This document shows, piece after piece, positions 14,831 through 28,445 of a DNA stretch of 64,000 nucleotides. A model generated the notes under the pieces. The model searched no databases and was not told where the DNA came from. It saw only the letters and a program-made list of their open reading frames with translations. The stretch lies in assembly GCA_002104895.1 (NCBI GenBank), contig MCFG01000242.1, positions 1 to 64,000 of the forward strand, read 5' to 3'. How positions within the stretch are numbered: position 1 is the first letter of the stretch; each line of letters opens with the position of its first letter. The position numbers and the translations under genes were made by a program. This DNA is from Anaeromyces robustus (lineage: Eukaryota).

Positions 14831-17199
14831 ATATTATATATTCTTATACAATAAATATCATATCAAAATTTAAATTGTACATAAATTGTCCTACATCAAA
14901 AAAGATATTATATTAACCAAAAAGTTTTAAGATAAAAAAAAAAAAAAAAAAAAACTAAATAATATTTCTTTTATTGAAAGCCTTTTATTTACTAGGTTTA
15001 AATTTCTAGAAATATTCTATGATAAATTTGTTTAAAAACTATTTTAATAATAATGAATGGAAATTTTATATATCTTTTACAAATTATTGCTGCACTTATA
15101 AAAACTTGTAGGTGGTACAATAAGTACATATTTATGGTAGGTTAGTAACCTATGTATAAGCAGGAAATAATCCTATAACATTTAAGTATATTTTCTTATA
15201 AAATATTAAATAATGGTACTACTTTTAATGTAATACAGTGAGTATTATATTAGAATTTAAAAAAAAATTTTTATAAAAGTTTCATAATATTGTTATAAAT
15301 TAATGAAATTAGTGAAAATATGTTTTAATAAAAACTTTAGGAAAGTTTTATGAAAGATATTACAACTTTATGAAGATTATAACTTGAAAAATTAAAAAAA
15401 AATTTTTTTTTTTCTATAATTAAATTAAATTATTATTATATCTATAAAATTTTGTAATTAGCTAGAGCATATTACCTCTTTTAATACCAAATGACACATT
15501 CTATAGAAATAATATAACAATTCACTATTACCATTTTACTTTAGATATCCTCTACGACGATCATCTTAAAAAAAAGATTTTTATAACATAAAATTTTTGG
15601 ATAAAATATTCCATCTTGAATTTCATTATCATCTATAGTCACTATAATCATGAAATTTGGTTTTTTTTTTTTTTTTATAAGTATACATAATTCTAAAGTT
15701 ATTATTAATATAACCAATATAATATCAATTACTCAAAATTTATTAAATAAATAAGTATAAAAAAATATTAAAAAGTTATTTTTATAATTATTAATATGGA
15801 TTCTACTATATATTTATAAATAATAGAGTTTATAAAAAAAATATATTAATATATTACATATTTTAAAAACATTTTAATATAATATATATCAATTATTATA
15901 TTAGCATTTTAATTAAAATTTATAATATATTTATTTTTTTTTTTTTTTATAAGATGCATTCATTATATCATAATAACAAATATAAAAAATAAACTATACA
16001 TTTCCAATTAAAGTAATATATTGTTTAACTAATTCTTTACATATTACTTGCTTATTTATTATTTTCTTATTAATTATTTATATGCTATTTATTTATTAAT
16101 TAATATAAATATATTATTATGTTATTTAAGACAAATATAATCTTAAAATATATATTATACATAAATTCTGCTACTTGAAAAATATTGTGCTACATAAGAA
16201 GATATTATTAAATAAACCAAAAAAAAGATAATTTATTAATATTTTCAAAACTTAATACATATAGTATATTTTAATTTTAATGATTACATAAATTATATTT
16301 TTTATAATTTTAAAAATTGTTTTGTGATGAAAATTAAAAAAGAAATATGTATATTTATTATATTATCAACTTTTTTTTTTTTATTTCAATTATCTAATTA
16401 TTTCAACATGATTATTTCATTAATTATATTTAAATATTTCTAATTTTACTTTTTTTTATATTGAAATAATTAAAGTAAATATATCTTTATATTTTTTATT
16501 CTTCATTATAATACTATTCCTCATTATTTTATTATATTATTATTAATTATCTTATAATATTTCTTTTATTTTTTATTTTTTATTATAATTACTCATAGTT
16601 AATTAGTATATTATTTTATTGTTATTACTATTATTTAATTAGTTTTAATTTATTGTTATTAATATTATTTAATTAGTTTTATATTATTATAAAAATATTT
16701 TTATCTTATATATATATATATTATTATTATTTTATTTTTTAATGTTAGAATTGTAGTGTTTTTGTATTGTATTTTTTTTTTTATTATTATTAAATTTGTT
16801 ATGCAAAATTCATTCATAAAAATTTTCACCATAATATAATAAATTTTTTTTAATAAATAAATCCAAAAAAAAAAAAATGAAAAATTAAAACATAATCATA
16901 ATTAGAATTTCGTTTTTTATATATATATATATCCATAAAACTATTAATAATTACTAATTTTAATTATGGTTTTTTCTTCTTAAAGGTTAAGTATCCATAA
17001 AGATAATCATTATCCTATCTGATATATATTAATTAATTATAAAATCAATGTATATAATAAATATAAAATTTATGAAAATTAATATATACTTATATATTAA
17101 AAATTAAAGTTATTGATGAAAATTATAGAAATAAAAAGTTACACATAAAAATAATTATTAATTCTTAATTAAAAAAAGTTGTATTATACAATAATATGC

Positions 17200-17401
17200 T
17201 ATATCAAAACATTCAATTTAATTAAAATAAACAAATATCTTTTATTATAAATTTAAATTGATAATAAAAGGTAATTATATATATATTATATTTTTTAAAT
17301 TATATCAAAACATTCAATTTAATTAAAATAAACAAATATCTTTTATTATAAATTTAAATTGATAATAAAAGGTAATTATATATATATTATATTTTTTAAA
17401 T
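17200..17401. repeat. Direct tandem duplication, 2 x 101 bp
   Basis: TATATCAAAACATTCAATTT...TTTTTTAAAT starts at 17200 and again at 17301, apparently identical. Confidence 0.92.
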
Positions 17402-17982
17402 TATTATATAGTATCATTTTAATAATAGAACTATTATATAATTTTATATTATTATTTGTTATAATAATTTTCCCCTTTTTTATTAATATTTTTATAATTT
17501 TTAATTTTTAGAGAAATTTTTTTATATTGTGGTAACGCCACATATAAATACATACTATTAAAAGCCACATTCAATTTATAATTAAAATAAAATTTATAAT
17601 AAAAATTTTTATAAAAGGTTATTATTTCTAATTAATTTATTTATAAATATCAATTTTTTTTTGGTTTTTAAAGTAATGTACGTTGTAGATTGTATCTCGA
17701 ATTAATATGTAATAGGAAAAATTTTTTTAAAAAAAATTTTTATTATAAATTTATCGATTAAATTAATCAATTTAATTATTTTTAAAAAAATCTATAAAAA
17801 AAATATTAAAAAAAAATATTTATAAATATTTAATAATTAATAATTAATATTTAATATTATTATTTTAATTATAAGTAAAATAATTATAAATAATATAATA
17901 AATTAATAATATTAATAAAATTAATCATCATAAAAAAAAAATTATTAAAAAAAAATTATATGGTAATTAATTTAAGTTTATA

Positions 17983-18216
17983 ATATATTACAGTCAACAG
18001 TTAATATAAAGATATATGAAAAATCAATTAAAGTCAACACTTGATATTAAAATTATCATATATTACAGTCAACATTTTTGATATAAAAACTGGCATATAT
18101 TATAGTTAATAATTAATATAAATGTAATATATATTACAATAGAAAATTAATATAAGGGTAATGTATATTGTAATAGTCAATTAATATAATGGTAACATAT
18201 CAACACTAATATAAAT
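17983..18216. repeat. Degenerate minisatellite of about 34 bp, 6-7 units
   Basis: Recurrent ATATATTACAGTCAACA..T(A/G)ATATAA units. Confidence 0.6.
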
Positions 18217-19742
18217 AATTACCCCTATTAACCATAATTTTTTATTTAATAATTAGAAAAATATTATTTTAATTCCTATTTTGAAAAACAGATCAATTTT
18301 GGAAATCAATTACAAATAAAAACCCTTAAATAATAATAAAAAAATTTTTTTTTGTTTTTTAAAACAAAATAGACATTTTTTATATGTTTTGACTCATGAA
18401 AATTGCTAAAAATGAAATACTAAATAAAATGTTTTTTTTTTTTTTTTAAAAAAAAATAGAGTAAAAATAAATATAAAAATATAAAAAAAAATAAAAAAGA
18501 ATTTGGAATATTATATAAATAATTATTAATAAAATATAAAATATAATATATTTTAATATTTAATATTATATTATTATAATATTAAATAATAAATAATTAT
18601 TGATAATTGTATTAGTGTATAATAATATTATATACTAATGTAATTATATCATAATAAATACAATAATATGAAAATTTAATTTAATAATTTATTATTAATA
18701 ACTCATTATTAATAATATGATAAAATTAATAATAATAAAATTCTAGACAATTTAATGAGTAATACAATAAATATAATAATAAAAAAAAAAAAAAAAAAAA
18801 AAAGATAAAAGATAAAATGATGTTACAAGTACAACAATAAATAATTATTTTAATTTATTTAAATAAATGATTTATAAACAAATTGAGGATTACATTTCCT
18901 AATTAAATATATTGTTTTCCAGATTTATATAAATACATTTAATATTAATATATAATAAAGTATTAACAAAATATAATCTGTAATATAATAGAAAATGAAA
19001 TAAAATTAAAAAATAAATAAATAAATAAATAAAAAAAATGACAGTATAAATAAATAAATAAAAAAATTGGAAAGGAGAGAAAACGAAAGAATCATTCAAA
19101 ATATTTCTATTATTATAGATATAACTGATAAAAAAAATTAACAAAAGTTAACAAAGAATAAAATATAAAAAAAATGTATAATAATAAGTAAATTGTAACA
19201 ATGTTAAAAAATTACAATTTAACATTGTTTTAAAAAATATATTTATATTTTTAAGGAGAATGGGTTTTTTTGTAAAAAAAAAAAAAAAAAGTAGTTCAAA
19301 TAAATTATTTTTTACATAATGATTTTTTTTTATTCTTATGTTTTAAATTAATAATAATTATTTTATTTGAAATTGGTAGCAATTAAAGCACTACATTAGA
19401 TAAAGAAATTGTTAATATAAAAAAAAAAATAAAATAATGCATTAAATATGTTCATATTGAGAAATAATAGAAATTAATAAAAAGTTACATTGAATAAAAG
19501 ATATAATTAAAGAATTATATTAAAAAAGATATAGTTATTAATTTAAAAAAAAGTAATGCATTTAATATATTATAATGAAAAGTAGTAAAAAAAATTGTTA
19601 ATAAAAAATAATTAATGCATTTAATAAATTAATCATAAAAAATATTAAATATTTAGAAATTATTAAAGTAATAAATTATCTTTTTTTTTTTTTAAATTAT
19701 ATGACTAAAGGATGTAAAAAAAAAATGATTATTAATTATATT

Positions 19743-19795
19743 CTAGGGGAAGATCAAGCACATCTAGTGCTTTAGACGGCCTACGACTCACTTTT
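19743..19795 (-). mobile_element. Candidate Helitron-like 3' terminus (hairpin followed by CTAG)
   Basis: Isolated GC-rich island. Minus strand reads AAGCAC-TAGAT-GTGCTT hairpin, 9 nt, then CTAG. The next base is A rather than the canonical T. Confidence 0.4.
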
Positions 19796-20779
19796 TATAA
19801 TAATATTTTATCCTTAAAAATGTCCTATATTATGTGATTTTTATTTAATATATTATTGATCCTTTTTTTATGTAATTATTATTTATATATAAAACGGTTC
19901 ACATAGAAAACAATAAATTAATTTTTTATTTATTTATATTTATATATTTATTTATTTATATATTTATTAGTTAATATAATTATTTATTTATTGTTATTTA
20001 TTTATATATTTACTTATTAATTAATTTATTTATTTATTTAATATTATATATTTATTTATCTATGATAAATAAATTTATTTATTTGTTATAATAATCTATT
20101 TATTTATTTTTATTCCATTAAGTAGATTGTCAATAATTTAATTTATCGCATAATATTAAGTTCTATTATTGATATATTGTAGTAGGAATATTGTATGATT
20201 TAATATAATTTTATTTATTAAATTTTAATGTTTATTATTTGTATTACATTTTTATATATAAAAACTTTAAAAGAAAATTCATCAAATTGTATTACCTATT
20301 AATTTATATTAAATTTAAATTACATTAATAATATATTGAACAATATATTAAATAAATTGTATTAAACTATGTTTCTTCTTATCAATTGATTATAATATAT
20401 GTACATAATATATTAATGATTAATTTAAACAAAAAAGATAAACTGATAAACTACGTTTACATTGAACTTTTTTTTAATATCTAATAATTCATTTGAAATA
20501 AAAATAAAAAAATAAAGTGAAAAATAATATTTTAAAATTTTAGTAAATCCACCAATCATCTTTAGTTATTTTGTTTTTTTTTCTTAGTATGTTTATTTTT
20601 TTATTTATCAATATATTATAATATATGTGTATAATATATTAATTAATTATAATCAAACTTTAGATTTTCAGTATAAAAAGAAATTTAACATTTATAATTT
20701 TTTTGTTCTTTGCTAATAATTAAAATCTTATAATTATAGTATAATTAACTCTCTATTAATAAAAACAATAAAATTAAAA

Positions 20780-22462
20780 ATGTCTGCTCTTGAACAACTT
20801 AAGCAATACACTACTGTTGTTTCCGATACCGGTGACTTTGAAGGTATATATTAAAAGAATCAATCAATCAAGAAAAAAAAAAAAAAAAAATCAATATTGA
20901 AAGATTATCAAAATCATTGAAATTAAAAAAACTTTTATGAAGAAAAATATCCATTTTTTTTACTTTGATTTTATGTTTTATTTTATTTTATTTTTTTTAC
21001 CACATAAAATTCTTCACTATAATAATAAAATATTATAATAATTTATTTATGAATAAATAAATTATTGTTTTTAAATGCAAAATTTCAATTGTATAATCTA
21101 ACAATTTTTATTTTTATATTTTAAATAAAAAATCATTGTTATGTATATATTAACAATTAATAGCTATTTCCCAATTCAAGCCACAAGATGCTACTACTAA
21201 CCCATCTCTTATGCTCCAAGCTTCTCAAAAACCACAATACTCTTACCTTATTGATGACGCTATCGCATACGCCAAGACCAAGTCTGAGTATGTATTGAAA
21301 CAATCAACTTTAAAGAAATCAAATTTAAAGACAATATTATTGATAAACGGATAAATAATTTAATATGACAAAAAAATAATTTAATATGAGAAAATAAAAT
21401 ATAACTGAATTGGAAGATAGGGAAAATAATATTATTTGTACAGATAATTAATTAAAAAAAACTTTTAAAGAAAATATATAATTCAAAAAGTTTTTTTTAA
21501 ATAATAACAAAATTATGAAAGTAGTAAAAAAAAAAAAGGAGATAGATATATTGTCTTTAAATATAACAACTTTTTTATCAATATTAAAAATATATATAAA
21601 AAATTATTAATAAATATATATTAACTGGTAATATTTTTAATTTTTTTTTTTAATAAAATTAAAACTATAAAAAAATTATAGCAACCTTGACGAACAAATT
21701 GCTTGGGCTGCCGATAAACTTATTGTTAACTTCGGTGTTGAAATTTTAAAGATTATTCCAGGTCGTGTTTCTACTGAAGTTAATGCTAAATTATCTTTCA
21801 ACAAGGAAGCTACTATTGAAAAGGCCAAAAGATTAATTGCTCTTTACGAAGAAGCTGGTATTAGTAAGGAACGTGTTTTAATTAAGATTGCTTCTACTTG
21901 GGAAGGTATTCAAGCTGCCCAAGAATTAGAAAGTAAGTACGGTATTCACTGTAACTTAACTCTTCTTTTCGGTTTCCCACAAGCTGTTGCTTGTGCTGAA
22001 GCTAAGGTTACTTTAATCTCACCATTCGTTGGTCGTATTCTTGACTGGTACAAGAAGAACACTGGTAAGACTTACGAATCTGTTGAAGACCCAGGTGTCC
22101 TTTCTGTCCAAAGAATCTACAACTACTACAAGAAGTACGACTACAACACCATTGTTATGGGTGCTTCCTTCCGTAACACTGGTGAAATTGAACAACTTGT
22201 TGGTGTTGATTTCTTAACCATTTCTCCAGCTCTTCTTACTCAATTACAACAATCTGAAAACACTTTAGAACCAAAATTATCTGTTGAAAAGGCTAAGGCT
22301 ATGGATATTCCACAAGTTAGCTACATCAATGATGAAGTTGCTTTCCGTTGGGACATGAACCAAGATTCTATGGCTACTGAAAAATTAAGTGAAGGTATTA
22401 GAAAGTTTGGTGAAGATCAAGTTAAGTTAGAAAAAATGTTAGCTGAAAAATTATCTCTTTAA
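20780..22462 (+). CDS. TAL1: Transaldolase, 3 exons
   Basis: [41 protein letters not shown] (catalytic Lys), [25 protein letters not shown]. Strong codon bias typical of highly expressed genes. Confidence 0.97.
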
Positions 22463-22638
22463 ATTAATTAAAAAAAAAAAACAACAAAAACAAAAAAAAA
22501 ATTAACAAATGTAGATCAAGTTAAAATTTTCAAAGATGTTAGCTGATAAAGAAATTATCTCTTTATTTTTTTTTTTTTTTTATAAAGAAATAAATATAAA
22601 TTTTAATATATAATTAAATTAAGAGATAATATATCTTG

Positions 22639-22677
<39 letters not shown>

Positions 22678-23512
22678 ATATCATAAATCATAAATATTAT
22701 AAATACAAAAAAAAACAAAAAACAAGAAAAAAAAAAAAAAATTATGGGAATATATAAAATTCAAAAAAAAAGAGCAAACATTAAGGGATTAATATTTAAT
22801 TTTAAAAAGTGATTTCATAATATTATTTTTTTTTCATGTATAATAATTATTAAAAAAAAAAAAACAACACTTTTTTAATTAAATTAAACCTTTTCTTGTT
22901 GTTATTAAGCTATAATTTCAATAGAATAAAAAAATAATAAGTATTATATAGAAATTAATATAATTAAAAAAATAACAACAAAAAAAAAAAACATAAAATA
23001 AATCATAAAATATAAAATTATAATTTAATTCATTAAAATAAAATAAAATAAAATCTAATAAAATAATAAATTAAAAAAATAATTAAGAAAACCCTTTTGT
23101 GCATAAATTTACTTATTCTTATATTTTTTAATTTTATTTTTAAAAAATTATAATTTATTTTTTATTATTTATTATTTTTATTATAATATGATTTCTATTT
23201 TAACTTTAATTTTTATTTTTTATTTTTTATTTATTTTATTTCTATTTTTTTTTTATTCTTTGGTATATTTTACGTTTTATAAGATTTTTTTTTATGGAAT
23301 AAGTTTTTTTTTTTTTTTATTTTTCTTTTTACAATTCACTTTGCTTTGTAAAGAAAAAAAAATTATTTATAAACTATTTTTTTAAATTGGTCATTCTATT
23401 TTTCCTATATTTTTATTTTTTATTTTTTTATTTTTTTTAATTTGTTTTTTTATTTTTTTATTTTTTTAATTAATTTTTGTTTTTTATTTTTTTTATTTTT
23501 TTTATTTCCTCT

Positions 23513-23925
23513 CTATAATTCTTCATGGGCATTAGTAGCTTTTTGTTCTGGAGCTGTTGAAGTAATAGCTTCAACAACTGGCATACCCTTTTCTTTAGCA
23601 GCTTCCTTTTCAAGTTCTATAGCTTCATTAGCACTACTTCTGAAAATTTCTAAAATATTTAATCTCATCTTGAAATCATCATAAAATTGTTCTTCAATTT
23701 TAAGTTTTTGAAGAATTTTTTTAGTACGTTCATATTCCTTGAAAATGAAATCTCTATTTTCACCAGCTTTTTGAATCATTTTGTAATAGAATTTTGTTGG
23801 ACTGAAATATTTTTATTAAGAAAAAAAAATAGGAAAAATAATAAAATAATAATAATAATAATAAATTAAATAATATAAATATATAATTAAAAAATTGATT
23901 TTTATATAATATATATAGTGTATAA

Positions 23926-23988
<63 letters not shown>

Positions 23989-24417
23989 ATTAAATAAATA
24001 AATAAATAAATAATAAAATTAAAATAAAATTTTATTATTATAAAATTTATATGTCTTTTTTTTATATATCTTATTTACCGATCATTTCTTTCTATTGAGA
24101 ATCTACGCATAAAGTTGGATAAATCAGATCTTTCAACTGGATGATCACTTAAAATGAATTTTTTAACCATTTTATCAAGTTCAGGATCTCTACCGGCCTA
24201 TTAAAAATAAAATAAAATAAAATAATTAATTAAAATCAAATTTATTTATATAAATGCAAAATAATTTTTTGATTATTATATAAAAAAAAAGAAAATATTT
24301 TAATTATCCATACAGCATTATTTAAACCACCACCTGGAACACGATGTGTACCACATTTTTCATTTAAGTATCTAATAAAGGACTGATTATTGAAAAAAAA
24401 AAAAAATTTAATTTAAA

Positions 24418-24454
<37 letters not shown>

Positions 24455-26219
24455 GTATTTATTATTATTATTAGTAGTATTTATTATTTATTATATAAAG
24501 TTATATTTACAATTTCATCACGTCCTTCATCGTAAAAAACTGGATTTTCATTACGTTTATTGGCTTCAAAGAAGTAAACAGTCTTAAATAATATTTTATA
24601 TAGTTATATATTATACATATATATAGAATTTATTTTACATTAGATATATATAATAGACCAATTTTTATTTTTATTTTTTTTTTTTAAAATTTATTATTAT
24701 AATTAAAGTAGTGAAATTAATATATATATTATAAACTTACTGGAAATTCTCCAATTCGGTATCTTATTAATAAATAAATTAATAATAATAGTAGTAATAA
24801 TAAAAAGTTTTTTATATTATTAATTATAAAATAATATTAAAATATATTTTCTATCTTTAAAAAAATTATTTATAATATTATATTGATATATTTATAATAC
24901 CTAGTATTTAAATCATCATTGGCAATAGCATCAACTCTAGCAATGATAATGTTCTTTTCCTTATGGAAATCTTTAGCAACTTTTTCATAAGTTGGAGCTA
25001 ATTTCTTACAGTGACCACACCATGGAGCATAGAATAAAACCTATATTAAACAATAAATAAATATCAATTAAAAAAAAATTATAATAATAATAATATATAA
25101 TTAATAATAAATATCAATAAAAAAAATAAAATATATATAGTATAATATGTATATAATAAAATATAATATAATAAAATATAATAAAATATATACCATAACA
25201 TGATTTTTTGGGTCACCAACAACTTCATCAAAATTACTTTCATCAAGATCAACAACATAACTAATATTTAACTTTTTCTTTCCGATAAGACCAGTCTTAT
25301 CGTCAACAAAGCTAATAAGATCATCTAAAGTCTTTTCTTTAGTGTATTCAATACCTTCTTTTGATGATGGCATATATAATCTAACAGTCTAGATAATATA
25401 TAATAAATAAAATATTTATATATATAAGATATTTAATAGGCATGTATGATATATTTTACAATAAAAATTATAGTATATTAAATAATTATAGTGAAAATTA
25501 TAATAAATAATAATAAAAACCAAAGATATTATATAAACTAATAATTATTATGATATTAAATAACAAGTATAAAATAATAATAATAATAAAGTAATAGCAA
25601 TAATAATTATAATAACTTACTGGATAACCTTTAAGGCTTTGACTTTTAACAACTGACTTGTATTTATCAGCATCAATTCTAGCAATGATAACCTTTTCAC
25701 TAACGTGGTCATAAGAATCAGCGAGATCTTCGTAGATTGGTTTTAATTCCTAATTATTTTATTTAATATTTAATGTATAAAAAAGGAAATTAATTATTAT
25801 TTTTTTTTTAAAAAATAATTATTATTTTCTCCTTTTTTTTTAGTTATAATAATATTCAATTAAATAATTAGATAATAAGCTTACCTTACAATGACTACAC
25901 CATGGAGCATAATATTCAACTAACATTGGAACCTCTCCACCAATTAACTATTTTTTTTTAAAAAATATCGAAAAAATAAAATAATAATAATAAAATTATA
26001 ATTAATTAAATTATAATATATAAGGTAAAAATATATAGGTTATATAGGTTATTAAAAACATTTTTCTGTTAATTATATTTGAATAATCTAATTAATATAT
26101 TAAATAATAATTAAATATAATACCTCTTCAAGTTTCTTGTCATCAAGGTCTACCATTTTGGATGACACAAGACAAAAACAAAAAGCTAATATAGCTAAAA
26201 ATGAAATTTTCTTAAACAT
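23513..26219 (-). CDS. Protein disulfide isomerase, ERp38/TigA type (two thioredoxin domains plus an ERp29-like C-terminal domain)
   Basis: Signal peptide [29 protein letters not shown] and YAPWCGHCK active sites, [16 protein letters not shown] linker, C-terminal HEEL ER-retention signal. Confidence 0.92.
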
Positions 26220-27510
26220 TTTCCTTTCTGGATAAACATTTTATTAATAATATAATATATGAAATTTTAGTTTTTAATTTATTATTGTTGTGTATATTCA
26301 TATTTTTGTTTTTTTAAAAGATATTTCAATGATATTAGCAATAATGTTATATATATTTTATATATAACATTATTCAAAATAATAATATATAAAATAAATT
26401 AATATAAAAATTAGTATTTAAATTTTATAATATGATATATTTTTTAAAAAAAAAAAATTTCATTCCATTTTTATATATACCTTTATAATTATATACTATA
26501 TATAAATATATATTTTATATATTTTTTATTTTTATTGTTTTGTTTTTTGTTTTATTTATTTATTTTCTTTCTTTTTTTTTTTTTTATTTTTATTTTCCTT
26601 TTATTAGTGTTATTATTTTATTATCAAAATAAAATACTATTAACCTTTAAAAAAAAATAAAAAATATTGAGAAAAAAAAAAAACTTAAAAAATGAAATAA
26701 TTTAGTTTATATATATATATTCCTCGATCAAAGTAAAAAAAAAAAATTTATTTAATTTATTAATATATATATTAATATTATACTATTATTAACTATGAAC
26801 TTTTCAACTTTAATATATATCAAAATATTATTAATATACATGTGTAAAAATGAATTAAACTACACTATGAACATTATTAACCATATTATTGATGAATAAT
26901 TAATGAAAAATAGTAAATATTAATTCTATTATTTACTAATTCTTAAAGTTTTTTATTCAAATTCATCAATTATTGGATTTGTTTTTAATAATTGTTAATT
27001 GTTATTTAATTTTAAACAATATTTAATTAAAGTATATATATAAAATGTATAAAGTTTAATTATAATAATTTTTACTATAATATATATTAACAAAAATAAA
27101 AAAATAAAAAAAATAAAAAAACATAATTTTATTATGAAAATGTAATGATGATGAAGTTCAAATAAAATACTATATAAAATATATTTATTTAATATATTTT
27201 ATATAGTGATTATTTTATATTAATCATAATCTCTATTCTAACATACTCAAAAAGTTGGTTTCAATATTTTCATTGGGTTTCAATACTTAGAAAACAATTA
27301 TAAATATTTAAAACTTATACAAAAAAAGAGTTAATAATATACTACAAGAAATTTAATTTATACAAGAATAAAAATATTTTATATATATAATAGAAATGAA
27401 AATAAAAAAAAATTAAGGATGAAAGATTTAAACAATGTAATATAATAATATATTTAGTTTAGTCATAGTCATAACAATATAATATATTAAATATAATTTA
27501 TAACTTAAGT

Positions 27511-27574
27511 TATTTAGGGAGTGGGCTTACTGCTTCACATTAGGGAAGATCAAAGAAGCATACCCCGGATATAG

Positions 27575-27625
<51 letters not shown>
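27511..27625 (+). mobile_element. Short poly(A)-tailed retroposed insertion (5'-truncated LINE or SINE) with 9-bp TSD
   Basis: 64-nt GC-rich body plus an A51 tract, flanked by AACTTAAGT at 27502-27510 and 27624-27632. Confidence 0.75.
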
Positions 27626-27627
<2 letters not shown>

Positions 27628-28237
27628 TAAGTCAATAAATAAATCTTATATAAATATATATATATATGATTTAATTATCCAATAATGAAATGACAAAACT
27701 ACTTTAAAAAATAATAAAATTTAATAAATAATTGAATAATTGAATAATTATAACAATAAATAAAAACTTTTGATAAATAAATATATATATTTAAAAAAAT
27801 AAATAAATGTACAGATGGTTAAAAAAAATTTTCAGAAATTTATTTGTAACACTAACTGTTAAACAACCTAAAGTTAATAAATATTAATAATAAATATAAT
27901 AATAAAATATAATATAATAATTAGATATAATAATAAAATATAAAATAATAATAAAATATAATATAATAATGAAAATAATAATAATAAAATATAATAATAA
28001 TGAAAATAATATTAATAATTATAATTAAAAACAAGATAAAAAGAATTATTACTAACTATATATAATAGTATAAATAAAATGTTTATAATTAGAATTATTT
28101 GGTAATATTGATATTATAACTATATATATAAATTATAATTACATATTTTAATTAATATATAGTATTCATTGTAAAGAAAATGTGAAAATGTAAAAAATGT
28201 AAATCTTTTTTTTTTGCTAATTTAATTCATGGAACAT

Positions 28238-28445
<208 letters not shown>

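Noticed and set aside
14880..15660. Slightly GC-richer intergenic patch as a gene or TE remnant
   Set aside because: No sustained reading frame, splice pattern or termini that I could support.
17983..18216. CRISPR-like periodicity
   Set aside because: Units are degenerate tandem copies with no unique spacers, there are no cas genes, and the context is eukaryotic.
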